Shown here piece by piece: positions 1 through 9,602 of a stretch of 64,000 nucleotides of DNA. The notes beneath the pieces are model-generated. The model was not told the origin of the DNA, did no database searches, and was given only the letters and a program-made list of their open reading frames with translations. A program made the translations under genes and the position numbers. How positions within the stretch are numbered: position 1 is the stretch's first letter; every line of letters begins with the position of its first letter. The DNA is from Candidatus Latescibacterota bacterium (GTDB lineage Bacteria; Latescibacterota; UBA2968; UBA8231), in assembly GCA_965243025.1 (NCBI GenBank), contig CBDETY010000003.1:5280001-5344000 (forward strand), given 5' to 3'.

Positions 1-451
1 CCATCCCTCGGACCCCGGCATCGGCGTCGGCAACACCTACCGCGGGGTGGCGCGGGTGATGGGGATGGTCGACGGCCTGAAGAAGCTGACCCAGCTCTAC
101 GACAGCCCCTGCAACGGCCTGAACTTCTGCCTCGGCTGCGTCGCCGAGAGCCTGGAGAACCCCGGCGAAGAGGTCTACGACGTCATCCGCTGGTTCGGCG
201 AGCGCAGGAAGATCTTCAACCTCCACTTCCGCAACATCAAGGGCGGGCTCGGCGACTTCGTCGAGGTCTTCCCCGACGAAGGGGACGTCGACATGCTCAA
301 GGCCCTGCGCACCTTCAAGGAGGTGGGGTACGAGTACATGATCATGCCCGACCACGTCCCCGGACTTTCGGGAGAAGAGCCGGCGCAGATCGGGTTCGCC
401 TACACCTACGGATACATCCACGCGATGCTGCAGGCCGTGAACGAGAACTGA
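1..451 (+). CDS. Mannonate dehydratase (UxuA)-like protein, C-terminal part; runs off the window start
   Basis: Motifs HFRN, FPDEGDVDM and MPDHVP match the C-terminal half of the UxuA family; the frame is open back to the window edge. Confidence 0.7.
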   Translation, partial: HPSDPGIGVGNTYRGVARVMGMVDGLKKLTQLYDSPCNGLNFCLGCVAESLENPGEEVYDVIRWFGERRKIFNLHFRNIKGGLGDFVEVFPDEGDVDMLKALRTFKEVGYEYMIMPDHVPGLSGEEPAQIGFAYTYGYIHAMLQAVNEN

Positions 452-487
452 AAACAGGGACGGGCACCGCCGTCCGGGAGAGGAAAA

Positions 488-1558
488 ATGAAGCTCGGTA
501 AATTCATGATGCCGCTGCACCCGCCGCAGAAGGACCGCACGGAGACCTTCGACGAGGACACCGAGTGCGTGCTGTGGGCGGAGGAGCTCGGATTCAGCGA
601 GGCCTGGATCGGCCAGCACCACACCGCCATGTGGGAGCCGATCCCGGCCAACGACCTGTTCATCGCCCACGTGCTGCCCCAGACCAGCAGGATCCGCATG
701 GGCACCGGGGTCACCATCATGACCCAGCACCACCCGGTCAACGTCGCCGTGCGCCTCGCCTACCTCGACCACCTGTCGCGGGGCCGCATCAACGTCGGCT
801 TCGGGCAGGGGGGCGTGCCGACCGACTGGGGGCTGTTCGACCTGCCGGATCCGCGCACCCAGGGGCTGATGAACCTCGAGGCGATGGACATCGTCATGAA
901 GCTCTGGACCGAGGAGGGACCCTTCGAGTTCAACGGGGACTTCTGGAAGGTCGTCCTGGGAGAGAAGGTCCCCGAGCTCGGCCTGGGCGAGGTGCTGCAG
1001 CCGTACCAGAAGCCGCATCCGCCGGTCGCCATGAGCATCGTCAAGGAGGAGTCGATGGCCGCCACCACCGGGGGCAAGCGCGGGTTCCTGCCGATCAGCA
1101 TCAACATGGCGCCGGCGCACAAGGTCACGCGGCAGTGGGAGATGTACTGCGAGGGCGCGGCGGAAGCGGGGCGTCCCGACCCGGACCGGGCCGACTGGCG
1201 GATCTCGCGCAGCATCTACGTCGGCGAGACCGATGCCGAGGCGCGCGAGCACGCCCTGAACGGAGCCTTCGGCGACTCGCTCGTGTACCTCTGCGGCATG
1301 CTGAGGATCGCCAACATGATGGACCTGCCGAAGAGCGACCCGTCCATGTCCGATGCCGACGTCACCCGCGAGTACATCGTCGACGAGGTCGGCATCGTCG
1401 GCAGTCCCGACACGGTGACGGCGCGCCTGCAGGAGCTGTACGACGTCACCGGCGGTTTCGGCACCGTGCTGATGATCGGCCACGACTGGGACGACAAGGA
1501 GAAGATGAAGCGGTCGATGGAGCTGATGGCGACGGAGGTCGTCCCGCGGCTTCCCTGA
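488..1558 (+). CDS. LLM-class (luciferase-like) flavin-dependent oxidoreductase
   Basis: AEELGFSEAWIGQHH, LDHLSRGR, PYQKPHPP and IVGSPDTV are typical bacterial luciferase-like motifs; RBS-like GAGAGGA upstream. Confidence 0.9.
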   Translation: MKLGKFMMPLHPPQKDRTETFDEDTECVLWAEELGFSEAWIGQHHTAMWEPIPANDLFIAHVLPQTSRIRMGTGVTIMTQHHPVNVAVRLAYLDHLSRGRINVGFGQGGVPTDWGLFDLPDPRTQGLMNLEAMDIVMKLWTEEGPFEFNGDFWKVVLGEKVPELGLGEVLQPYQKPHPPVAMSIVKEESMAATTGGKRGFLPISINMAPAHKVTRQWEMYCEGAAEAGRPDPDRADWRISRSIYVGETDAEAREHALNGAFGDSLVYLCGMLRIANMMDLPKSDPSMSDADVTREYIVDEVGIVGSPDTVTARLQELYDVTGGFGTVLMIGHDWDDKEKMKRSMELMATEVVPRLP

Positions 1559-1592
1559 GAGCGCCCGTGCCCGGGGCGCTTGGGCGACGGAA

Positions 1593-2357
1593 ATGGCAGC
1601 GATGAACCCGGAACTGCTCGAAGCCGCCGACCACCTGCAGACCTGGGGCTACTGCGTTCTGGAGGACCGCCTGCCCGGGGAACAGGCGCGCGCGATGGCG
1701 GCCCGTTTCCTCGAGCTGCACGACGACCCCCGCTACTCGGAGTACAACACCGACCAGAAGCCGTACCAGACCCTGTTCGGCATGCTCAACCACGACGACC
1801 GGGTCTGGGACTGCGCCTTCCACCCCGACACCGTCGCCGTTGTCCGCCACCTCCTCGGCGACCGCTTCCGCGTCGTCGAGGCCGCCAGCAAGCCGCTCTG
1901 GCCCGGCTTCAGGGGGCAGTGGCCGTTGCACGTCGACTCGGCCGGCGATTTCCTCAGGGTGCCGGACGTGCCCTGGATGATCAACTCGATCTGGATGCTG
2001 ACCGACTTCACCGCCGCCAACGGCGCCACCCGGGTGGTGCCGATGAGCCACCGCTCGCGGCTGAAGAGACCCCCCCCCGAACTCGAGCCCGACGACCCGG
2101 CGATCCGCGACGTCACCGGCCGCTCCGGCTCGGTGATGATGTGGCACGGCGGCCTGTTCCACGGCGCCGGCGCCAACACCGGCGGGGATATCCGCGTCGG
2201 CCTCAACGTCGCCTACTACCCCCGCTGGATGAACAACTGGGTCGAGTGGGGGCACCAGCCGCTCTGGGCGGAGACCTGGGGGCGCATGCCGGAGGAGCAC
2301 CGGGCCCTGTGCGTGGGCAAGTTCGGGCGGCGCCGGGAGGGCGCGTACGAGCTGTGA
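1593..2357 (+). CDS. Phytanoyl-CoA dioxygenase (PhyH)-family Fe(II)/2-oxoglutarate dioxygenase
   Basis: HxD (LHVD), NGATRVVPMSH, distal His in LFHGAG and a downstream Arg. Start could be 1602. Confidence 0.85.
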   Translation: MAAMNPELLEAADHLQTWGYCVLEDRLPGEQARAMAARFLELHDDPRYSEYNTDQKPYQTLFGMLNHDDRVWDCAFHPDTVAVVRHLLGDRFRVVEAASKPLWPGFRGQWPLHVDSAGDFLRVPDVPWMINSIWMLTDFTAANGATRVVPMSHRSRLKRPPPELEPDDPAIRDVTGRSGSVMMWHGGLFHGAGANTGGDIRVGLNVAYYPRWMNNWVEWGHQPLWAETWGRMPEEHRALCVGKFGRRREGAYEL

Positions 2358-3277
2358 TCGTCGACGCCCACAACCACATCTTCCCCGAGGTCAACGGCCG
2401 TATCCGCGGCGGCGCCACGCGCGGCGCCGGCTACGGGAACATGACCGTTGGCGGGCGGCGGACGGTGCGCATGTTCCCCCCCTTCAACGAGCGCACCGAG
2501 TTCACCCCGGAGATGCTGATCGCCAACCTCGACTGGGCCGGCGTCGGCAAGGCGGTGCTGCAGCAGGGCACGATCTACGGCGAGTGCAACCAGTTCGTCC
2601 TCGACGCCGTGCGCCGCTACCCGGACCGCCTGCTCGGGGCCCTGCACGCCGATCCCTGGCGCCCGGAGTACCGGCCGGAATTCGACCGCATGCTGGCGAC
2701 GGGGGAGTTCTCGGCGGTCAAGATCGAGTTCTCGTACGAGGCCGGGCTGTCCGGCGTTCACCTGGGCGCCCGCCTCGACGACGACGGCATCTCCTGGCTG
2801 TGGACGGCGACCGAGAAGGCCGGGGTTCCCCTCGTACTCGACCTGGGCACGGCAGGCGACCCCTCGTACCAGACGGACGCGGTGCGCGGGATTGCGGAGA
2901 GCCGCCCCGGTCTCAGGATCGTCATCGCCCACCTCGGGCAGCCCCGCAAGCAGGCGGAGCAGGCCGACCCGGAGAAGTGGCGGATGTGGCAGGAGCAGAT
3001 CGCCCTCGGCAGGCTGCCGAACGTATGGTTCGACATGGCGTCGCTGCCCGACTGGGAGGAGGACTTCCCCTATCCGGCGGCGCGGCGGTTTCTCGAGCTG
3101 GCGGTCGAGGCCGTCGGGCCGGGCAAGATCATGTGGGGCACCGACCAGCCGGGAACCCTCAAGCACCAGAACTACCCGGCCTGGCTGCGGCTGGCGCAGC
3201 TGCACACCGAGTTCCTGTCGGCGGAGGAGCGGGCTCAGGTGCTGGGCGGCACCGCCCGGCAGGTGTACGGCGCCTGA
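2354..3277 (+). CDS. Amidohydrolase family protein (Amidohydro_2 type)
   Basis: GTG start overlaps the upstream stop (GTGA); VDAHNH, IAHLG, VWFD and MWGTDQP motifs. The longer ORF-track start at 1580 overlaps the PhyH gene and is not used. Confidence 0.85.
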   Translation: MIVDAHNHIFPEVNGRIRGGATRGAGYGNMTVGGRRTVRMFPPFNERTEFTPEMLIANLDWAGVGKAVLQQGTIYGECNQFVLDAVRRYPDRLLGALHADPWRPEYRPEFDRMLATGEFSAVKIEFSYEAGLSGVHLGARLDDDGISWLWTATEKAGVPLVLDLGTAGDPSYQTDAVRGIAESRPGLRIVIAHLGQPRKQAEQADPEKWRMWQEQIALGRLPNVWFDMASLPDWEEDFPYPAARRFLELAVEAVGPGKIMWGTDQPGTLKHQNYPAWLRLAQLHTEFLSAEERAQVLGGTARQVYGA

Positions 3278-3412
3278 GGCGGGCTACCTCTACCGGCTGG
3301 TGACCTGCGAGGCGTTCAGATGCACAAGCTCACCCTGCTGCGGTAATCGGGTATCCCAGTCAGGTTCATCCTGTATTTTTTTGGGGCAAACCGATTCGGA
3401 ACGGAGATACCA

Positions 3413-3721
3413 ATGACGGAGATTCTGAAAAGCAGCCTTGACGCCGTGGCACAGGCCTGCATACGGCATGGCGCAACCAGGCTGGACGTTTTCGGATCGG
3501 CTTTGCGGGATGACTTCAAGCCAGGTCAGAGCGACGTGGATCTATTGGTCGAGCTTGGTCCGATGGAGCCGTATGCCCGGGTCGATGCCTACTTCGGACT
3601 GCTGGAAGACCTCAGGGAAATACTGGGAGAGCGTGTTGACCTGGTCGTTGCAGGAGCCGTGAAGAACCGCTATATCGCTCGCGACATAGAACAGACAAAG
3701 CAGTTGTTGTATGCCGCGTGA
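3413..3721 (+). CDS. mntA: Minimal nucleotidyltransferase (MNT) antitoxin of an MntA/HepT-type TA pair
   Basis: FGSALRDDF...SDVDLLV (GSx10DxD) and RVDLV; 102 aa; overlaps the downstream HEPN gene. Confidence 0.85.
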   Translation: MTEILKSSLDAVAQACIRHGATRLDVFGSALRDDFKPGQSDVDLLVELGPMEPYARVDAYFGLLEDLREILGERVDLVVAGAVKNRYIARDIEQTKQLLYAA

Positions 3722-4097
3722 CGAAAGGGCATACCTGTCTGACGAAATTGAAGCGTGCGACGCGATATCCGACGCAGTCCGGGGCCTTGATTTCCGCGGC
3801 TACGAAGGCAACCGGCTCGTCCGGTCATCAGTAGAGCGTGAGTTCATCATCATCGGGGAAGCTCTCCTGGCCCTTGGTCGCATGTCGGAGGAGATGTTCG
3901 GCGGCATCACAAAGGCTCGCCGAATCGTGGACTTCCGCAATCGGCTGACTCATCAGTATCCAACCGTGGACGATGCTATCGTGTGGGCGATCATCGAGCG
4001 GGATGTTCCGGTGCTGAGACGGGAATGTGCGGGTCATATTCAAAGCATTGGTTCCCCCGATGATTTGGGAACAGGGAACGACAGCGTCGGTAGCTAA
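3711..4097 (+). CDS. hepT: HEPN/DUF86 ribonuclease toxin (HepT-like)
   Basis: VEREFIIIGEA and Rx4HxY motif (RNRLTHQY); 11-bp overlap with the MNT gene. Confidence 0.85.
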   Translation: MPRDERAYLSDEIEACDAISDAVRGLDFRGYEGNRLVRSSVEREFIIIGEALLALGRMSEEMFGGITKARRIVDFRNRLTHQYPTVDDAIVWAIIERDVPVLRRECAGHIQSIGSPDDLGTGNDSVGS

Positions 4098-4119
4098 CCG
4101 CGAAGCAGATGGTTGAAGC

Positions 4120-4860
4120 CTACCGGCGCGGCACCCAGGCGGCGAAGTACTCAGGCGCCCACTTGCGGGCGAGGAAATACGAGCGCGTCTCCTCCTGCCC
4201 GCGAGGCGGCTGCACTTCGGCGTCGATCCAGGCCTCGGCCCCGGCGAGCCCGGGGAACTCCGCGATCCTGACCAGGTTCCAGTCCCGCTGGGGGGCGATC
4301 AGTTCGAACGCCTCGCAGCGCATCAGCCCGAAGTCGCGGGCGACCGATTTCATCCGGGCTTCCCTTTCTTCACCGCCCCCCGTCCCGGCCGCGGCCCCGT
4401 CCGGCTCCGGCGGCCGGCGCCAGAAGGACAGGACCACCACCGAATCGCCGGAGACCGACAGCGGGGGAACCACCCGGGGATCGGCATCGGCGGGAACCGC
4501 GACCGGGGGCTGCGGATTCGTCACCCATGCGTCGAGCTGCTCCTTGCGCCAGCGCGTCGCAAGGAAGTACTCGTAGAAACCGTAGCGTCCGTACGGCGGC
4601 GCCATCTCGTCCTCAATCCAGGCCCGCGCCCCGGCAAAGGTCGGAAACTCGATGGTCCAGAAGCGCTGCCAGTTCTGCTGCGGTGCGACCAGGCGGAAGC
4701 CCTCCAGGACGATCATCCGGTGGCGGGCGGCCACTTCGAGCATGAGGTCGACGTGAATCTGCTGATACTCCTCCCGCTGTCGGTCGGTGAGGGCATCCCA
4801 TGAAGGAAGGCGCCCGCCCTTGAAGAGGACGACGACGCTGTCCGAGCCCGTTTCTGCCAT
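4120..4860 (-). CDS. Hypothetical protein with two tandem homologous ~100-aa domains
   Basis: DSVVVL...F(R/E)L(V/I)APQxxW...EFPxxAGAxAWIxxExxPP...YFLAxxW occurs twice; RBS GGAGG upstream. Confidence 0.75.
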   Translation of the reverse strand: MAETGSDSVVVLFKGGRLPSWDALTDRQREEYQQIHVDLMLEVAARHRMIVLEGFRLVAPQQNWQRFWTIEFPTFAGARAWIEDEMAPPYGRYGFYEYFLATRWRKEQLDAWVTNPQPPVAVPADADPRVVPPLSVSGDSVVVLSFWRRPPEPDGAAAGTGGGEEREARMKSVARDFGLMRCEAFELIAPQRDWNLVRIAEFPGLAGAEAWIDAEVQPPRGQEETRSYFLARKWAPEYFAAWVPRR

Positions 4861-4982
4861 TGCCAGCCTCCTTTGATGGCTCCGGTTGCCCGCCTAAATT
4901 AGCCCGCAATCGGAGCGGCGTTTCGCGAGCCCGGGGGCCGCGGGTCGCACCGGCTCTTCAACAAACCAATGCAAGAGGTAAC

Positions 4983-5384
<402 letters not shown>

Positions 5385-5413
5385 AGGATGAATCACCGAA
5401 GAAAGGGGCGGAG

Positions 5414-6217
5414 ATGAGCGCGGTCAGCGCCGACGAGCGGTTCCTGTTCGACCTGCAGGGGTTTCTGCTGCTGCCGCAGGTGCTGTCTGCTTCCGAATGC
5501 GAGCGGTATCTCGACAGGCTCCGGGCGGCCGAGAGCAGGGAGTACGAGGACTCCTGGCAGGCCGGCCGCGAAGAGGGCCGCGAGGGACGGCCGACCAGGG
5601 AGCTGAAGCGGGCCAACCAGGTCAGGATGAACGGCCTCCTGCGCCTCGACCCGGTGTTCGACGAGCTGATCGACCACCCCCGGGTGCTCCCCTACCTCGA
5701 GGAGTTCGTCGGCCTGCCGCAGCTGATCAACACCTGGTCGATCTCCAAGTTCGAGGGAGCCGTCCACAGCGGCTGGCACCGGGGGGTGCCGGTCTCCGAC
5801 TACTCCTACTTCAACGGCGAGATCCGCTCCCGCATGTTCAACGTCGTCTGGTTCCTGACCGACAACGGCCCGGACGACGGCTGCATCGTCGCCCTGCCGG
5901 GGTCGCACAAGAGCAGCTTCGACCTTCCCTTCGGCGACTACGAGGGTCTCGAGCTTCCGGGGGCGCAGGCGCTCACCGGCAAGGCCGGGGACCTGCTGAT
6001 GTTCTCCGAGACGGTGGTCCACAACGGCCTGCTGAAGACGACCCCCGGGACCCGCTCCAACCTGTATTTCAACTACGTGCACGCCCACTACAACGTCATG
6101 ACGCGCGAGCCCATCAACTGCCACCACTTCTACCTGCCTGCCGGGATGCGCAAGAGGCTGACCCCGAAGCGGCTCGAGCTGACGAGCTGGATGGAGCTGG
6201 CGCGCTGGGAGTATTGA
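5414..6217 (+). CDS. PhyH-family Fe(II)/2OG oxygenase with HxG in place of HxD
   Basis: FLFDLQGFLLL, VWFLTD, LPGSHK, KAGDLLMFSETVVH and TRSNL are PhyH-like; the first metal motif reads WHRG. Confidence 0.8.
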   Translation: MSAVSADERFLFDLQGFLLLPQVLSASECERYLDRLRAAESREYEDSWQAGREEGREGRPTRELKRANQVRMNGLLRLDPVFDELIDHPRVLPYLEEFVGLPQLINTWSISKFEGAVHSGWHRGVPVSDYSYFNGEIRSRMFNVVWFLTDNGPDDGCIVALPGSHKSSFDLPFGDYEGLELPGAQALTGKAGDLLMFSETVVHNGLLKTTPGTRSNLYFNYVHAHYNVMTREPINCHHFYLPAGMRKRLTPKRLELTSWMELARWEY

Positions 6218-6288
6218 GGGCCTTGCCCGGGGGATCGGCGGGCAGACGGGAAAATGCACGCGGAATCTCGGGAAGCTGGACGGCCGGG

Positions 6289-6397
6289 CGAGCCGGCTGA
6301 CAGCGGGCAACTCACCCGCGGGCCCGGGATTGGAGTCCCGGCCCCCGGGCAGCGGGATAGCCGGCCGAGCCGGCTGACTGCGGACTCCAAACTCACC
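6289..6397 (+). repeat. Intergenic imperfect direct repeat flanking a GC-rich hairpin
   Basis: CGAGCCGGCTGACAGCGG (6289-6306) and CGAGCCGGCTGACTGCGG (6366-6383) are 17/18 identical, and each is followed shortly by AACTCACC. Confidence 0.45.
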
Positions 6398-6456
6398 GGA
6401 CCCGGCATGGCGCTCCGACCCCCAAACTGGGGGCTCAGGGAAGAGCCGCTTCACCG

Positions 6457-6700
6457 ATAAACGGCCGGCGGCCCAACGTCCTCTGGATCGGCACCGACGA
6501 GCAGCACCGGCAGTCGGCAGGGGCCTTCGGCTCCGTCAACTGCCCCACCCCCAACATCGACCGCCTGGCCTCGCAGGCCCTGGTTTTCGACCAGGCCTTC
6601 TGTCCGACGGCGGTCTGCGCCCCGGCGCGCGCTTCGATGCTGACCGGGAGGCTGCCGAGCGAAGGGAGCGTGATCTCCAACAACCACATGGATTTCGCCG
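6457..6700 (+). pseudogene. Sulfatase N-terminal fragment (truncated); 3' end approximate
   Basis: Manual translation from ATA at 6457: INGRRPNVLWIGTDEQH...TPNIDRLA...FDQAFCPTAVCAPARASMLTG, containing the CxPxR formylglycine motif. No ATG/GTG start, and similarity ends after about 80 codons. Confidence 0.8.
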
Positions 6701-6767
6701 CCGCATCAGGCCGCTGTTTCGAGATTATCCGGCGCTGTGGAGGATCAGCGGTTCCCGGGACGGTGCC

Positions 6768-7958
6768 CTACGGCTCGGTTCCGGTGATCCGCCGGTAGGC
6801 TTCCGGGTCGCCGGCTCCCTCGGTCGAAAACACCAGCACCTTCGAGCCGGCGTCGAGCTGCAGCTCCCTGAACAACCGCCCGTCGTTCCCCGCTTCGACC
6901 AGCAGGCCCGCGGTCACCGCCCCCGACTCTCCCGAGACGACACGCGGATCCCCGCCGCCCGGATGGGCGAGGCTGCGCATTCCCGACTCAGTGACCCGAT
7001 CCGGACAACGGACGAAAAAATCGGCGTGATCCCGCAGGATCGGCCAGGCCAACGGGTTGTTCTCGCCCGCCGCCAGGCAGGCCATGATGGTCTCGTCGTG
7101 GGCATCGGTGATGGCGCGGGAGCGGCCGTCCCCGGCCCGGACGGAGGCGAAAAACGAGGCCATGGCCAGCGGCTCGACCAGCCCCAGCAGCGGCCGCCGC
7201 GGTCCGTAGCGCTCGACGAGATACCCCTGCACGGCGCCGGCGAAAGATCCCACGCTGGCCTGGACGAACAGGTGCGTCGGCGGCTCTCCCGCCTGCTCGA
7301 GGGCTTCGGCCAACATCGTCAGGTACCCCTGCATGATCCACACCGGCACCTCCTCGTACCCCTCCCAGGCGGTGTCCTGGATCAGCACCCAGCCATGCCG
7401 TTCCGCCTCGGCGGCGACGATGCGCACGGTGTCGTCGTAGTTGCAGTCGGTGACGGTGGTCTCGGCTCCGTGCCCGCGGATGCGGTCGACCCGGACCGGG
7501 GCGGCGTGGGAGGGCAGGAAGACCGCGGCCTTCTGCCCGAGCTGCTGCGCGGCCCAGGCGACGCCGCGGCCGTGGTTGCCGTCGGTGGCCGTGGCGAAGA
7601 CGAGGTCGCCGAGCGCCGCCTTCGCCCCGGGGGAGGTCAGGTCGCCGAAGGTGACTCCGGCGACATCGCGGCCGAGCCTGCCCGCCAGGACCCCGGCGAT
7701 GGCGTACGAGCCCCCCAGCCCCTTGAAGGCGTTGAGCCCGAAACGGGTCGACTCGTCCTTGACCCATACCCCGGAGATTCCGAGCGACGCGGCCAGGGCG
7801 GGAAGGGAGTGGAGCGCCGTGGTGGAGTAGCCGGGGATCGAGCGGTGAAAGGCGGCGGCGGCTTCGGCAAACCGGGCGGCGAACCGGGACGTGTCGGCCC
7901 CGGCCCCGCCGCGGGCGGCGGACCGGTTGTCGAAGACCTCGACTGATTCGGAAGGCAT
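6768..7958 (-). CDS. dpaL: Diaminopropionate ammonia-lyase (PLP-dependent)
   Basis: KDESTRFGLNAFKGLGGSYA, TATDGNHGRGVAW, QDTAWEGY, IMQGY and SGESGA motifs. Confidence 0.9.
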   Translation of the reverse strand: MPSESVEVFDNRSAARGGAGADTSRFAARFAEAAAAFHRSIPGYSTTALHSLPALAASLGISGVWVKDESTRFGLNAFKGLGGSYAIAGVLAGRLGRDVAGVTFGDLTSPGAKAALGDLVFATATDGNHGRGVAWAAQQLGQKAAVFLPSHAAPVRVDRIRGHGAETTVTDCNYDDTVRIVAAEAERHGWVLIQDTAWEGYEEVPVWIMQGYLTMLAEALEQAGEPPTHLFVQASVGSFAGAVQGYLVERYGPRRPLLGLVEPLAMASFFASVRAGDGRSRAITDAHDETIMACLAAGENNPLAWPILRDHADFFVRCPDRVTESGMRSLAHPGGGDPRVVSGESGAVTAGLLVEAGNDGRLFRELQLDAGSKVLVFSTEGAGDPEAYRRITGTEP

Positions 7959-8093
7959 CGGGATTCAGGGACCTCGCTGGCGGACTTTCTTCATGCTTTT
8001 TCCAATCTCCCATACATTACGACACACAGTGACAACCTGTCGTCCCGGATGGGAGGACGCGGACCGATACCGTTTTTCAGGGAGAAAAGCTCG

Positions 8094-9311
8094 ATGAGGT
8101 TTATCGTCGGAATGTGGGCGGCGCTGTCGATGGCGGCATGCGGGGGCAACGAAGTGACCGTCCGGATCGAAGGGGGAGACGGCAACAAGATACGGCTGGA
8201 CGCCAGTGAGCTTCAGCACAAGTTCAACCGGCTCGTGGACGCGGGGTCCTTTACCTTCGACGAAGTCCGGGAAGGGGAGTACGCGATCAATGCCGCAGCC
8301 ACGGGGATGATGGCGGCGCGGACGCTGAATGTCGAATCGGCGCCGTTGTTCGGAAAAAAGACGTACGAGCTGTCGATCGCCATTCCCGGAGGCCGCAACG
8401 GCCCCTACGAGCCGCAGGGCACCATCGTCTACACCTCCTCGCCGACAGCGATTCTCGACTGGAACCTTTTCACCATCCCCGCCGCAGGCGGCGAACCGAC
8501 CCAGCTGACCGACACTCCCGAGTTCGAGCACCATCCCGCCTGGTCGCCCGACGGCAGCGAGATCGCTTTTTCCCGCGGCGAAGTGATGACCAATATCGAC
8601 ATCTGGGTGATGGCAGCTGACGGCAGCGGCGAGCGGCGCCTGACCGAACACCCGGAGCGGGACCAAAGTCCGGCCTGGTCGCCCGACGGCAGCACCATCG
8701 CTTTTCTCAGCCAGCGCGACGGCGACCTGGCGATCTGGCTGATGGACAGCGAAGACGGCGGCAACAAGCGCAGGCTGGGGAAGGGAAACGAGCCGGCCTG
8801 GTCCCCCGACGGCAAACGCATCTCCTTCACTTCCGGGGACTTCCACGACAACGACGAGATCTACATCATCGACGCCGACGGCTCCAACCTCCGCCGCCTG
8901 ACCGATGACAAGCACTACGACTGGAACTCATCCTGGTCGCCGGACGGGGGCCGCCTCGCCTTCAACTCCGAGCGCTTCCAGGGCGAGGAGTTGATGGTGG
9001 CGGACGTCGAGAGCGGCGGCCAGATGCGCATCACCGTGGCCAGAAACACGTTCGAGCTGAACCCGGTCTGGTCCCCGGACGGCCGCGCCCTGGCCTACCA
9101 GGGGAAGATGCACTTCCGCGAGGACGGAGAGCTCGACGTCGACTTCAACGACCGCACCGGTAAGTGGGTGCTGCACGGCACGTACGACATCTTCGTCGTA
9201 CCTGCCGTCGGGTTCAACTGGGATTACCAGGAGGATCACCCCGTCATGCCGGTCAACCTGACGAACACGTCGGACCGCGACGAAAAAGAGCCGAGCTGGC
9301 GGCCGTTCTGA
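8094..9311 (+). CDS. TolB-like beta-propeller lipoprotein (PD40 repeats)
   Basis: Lipobox MAAC; five PAWSPDG-type repeats. Confidence 0.85.
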   Translation: MRFIVGMWAALSMAACGGNEVTVRIEGGDGNKIRLDASELQHKFNRLVDAGSFTFDEVREGEYAINAAATGMMAARTLNVESAPLFGKKTYELSIAIPGGRNGPYEPQGTIVYTSSPTAILDWNLFTIPAAGGEPTQLTDTPEFEHHPAWSPDGSEIAFSRGEVMTNIDIWVMAADGSGERRLTEHPERDQSPAWSPDGSTIAFLSQRDGDLAIWLMDSEDGGNKRRLGKGNEPAWSPDGKRISFTSGDFHDNDEIYIIDADGSNLRRLTDDKHYDWNSSWSPDGGRLAFNSERFQGEELMVADVESGGQMRITVARNTFELNPVWSPDGRALAYQGKMHFREDGELDVDFNDRTGKWVLHGTYDIFVVPAVGFNWDYQEDHPVMPVNLTNTSDRDEKEPSWRPF

Positions 9312-9602
9312 GCGCAACAGTCCGAAGCCGGGGGGTCTGATGCCCGGCTGGGGACGCGGGGTAGTCGATTTCAAAGCGACATTTGTGGCCGGCCATAAAC
9401 GACTAAATTGTAAATAAGACATAATTGTAGTAATTGCGGAATGTGGAAGCCTGGGCAGCTGCAGCAAGAGCTGCTGAACGGCCATCCCTCCCAAGGGGAC
9501 CCGCCCATTTCCGAGGACGCATAAGACCGCCGGGCCCTCCCTCAAGGGACTCCTGTCTTCCCGGGGGCTCTCGCAGTAAACCGTTGCTTGCGGCTGACAG
9601 CG

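Noticed and set aside
3413-4097. MNT-HEPN pair as a novel system
   Set aside because: Standard, well-described MntA/HepT-type TA architecture.
8530-9090. Repeated CCTGGTCGCCCGACGGC-like sequences as a CRISPR or DNA repeat array
   Set aside because: They encode the WSPDG PD40 repeats of the TolB-like protein.
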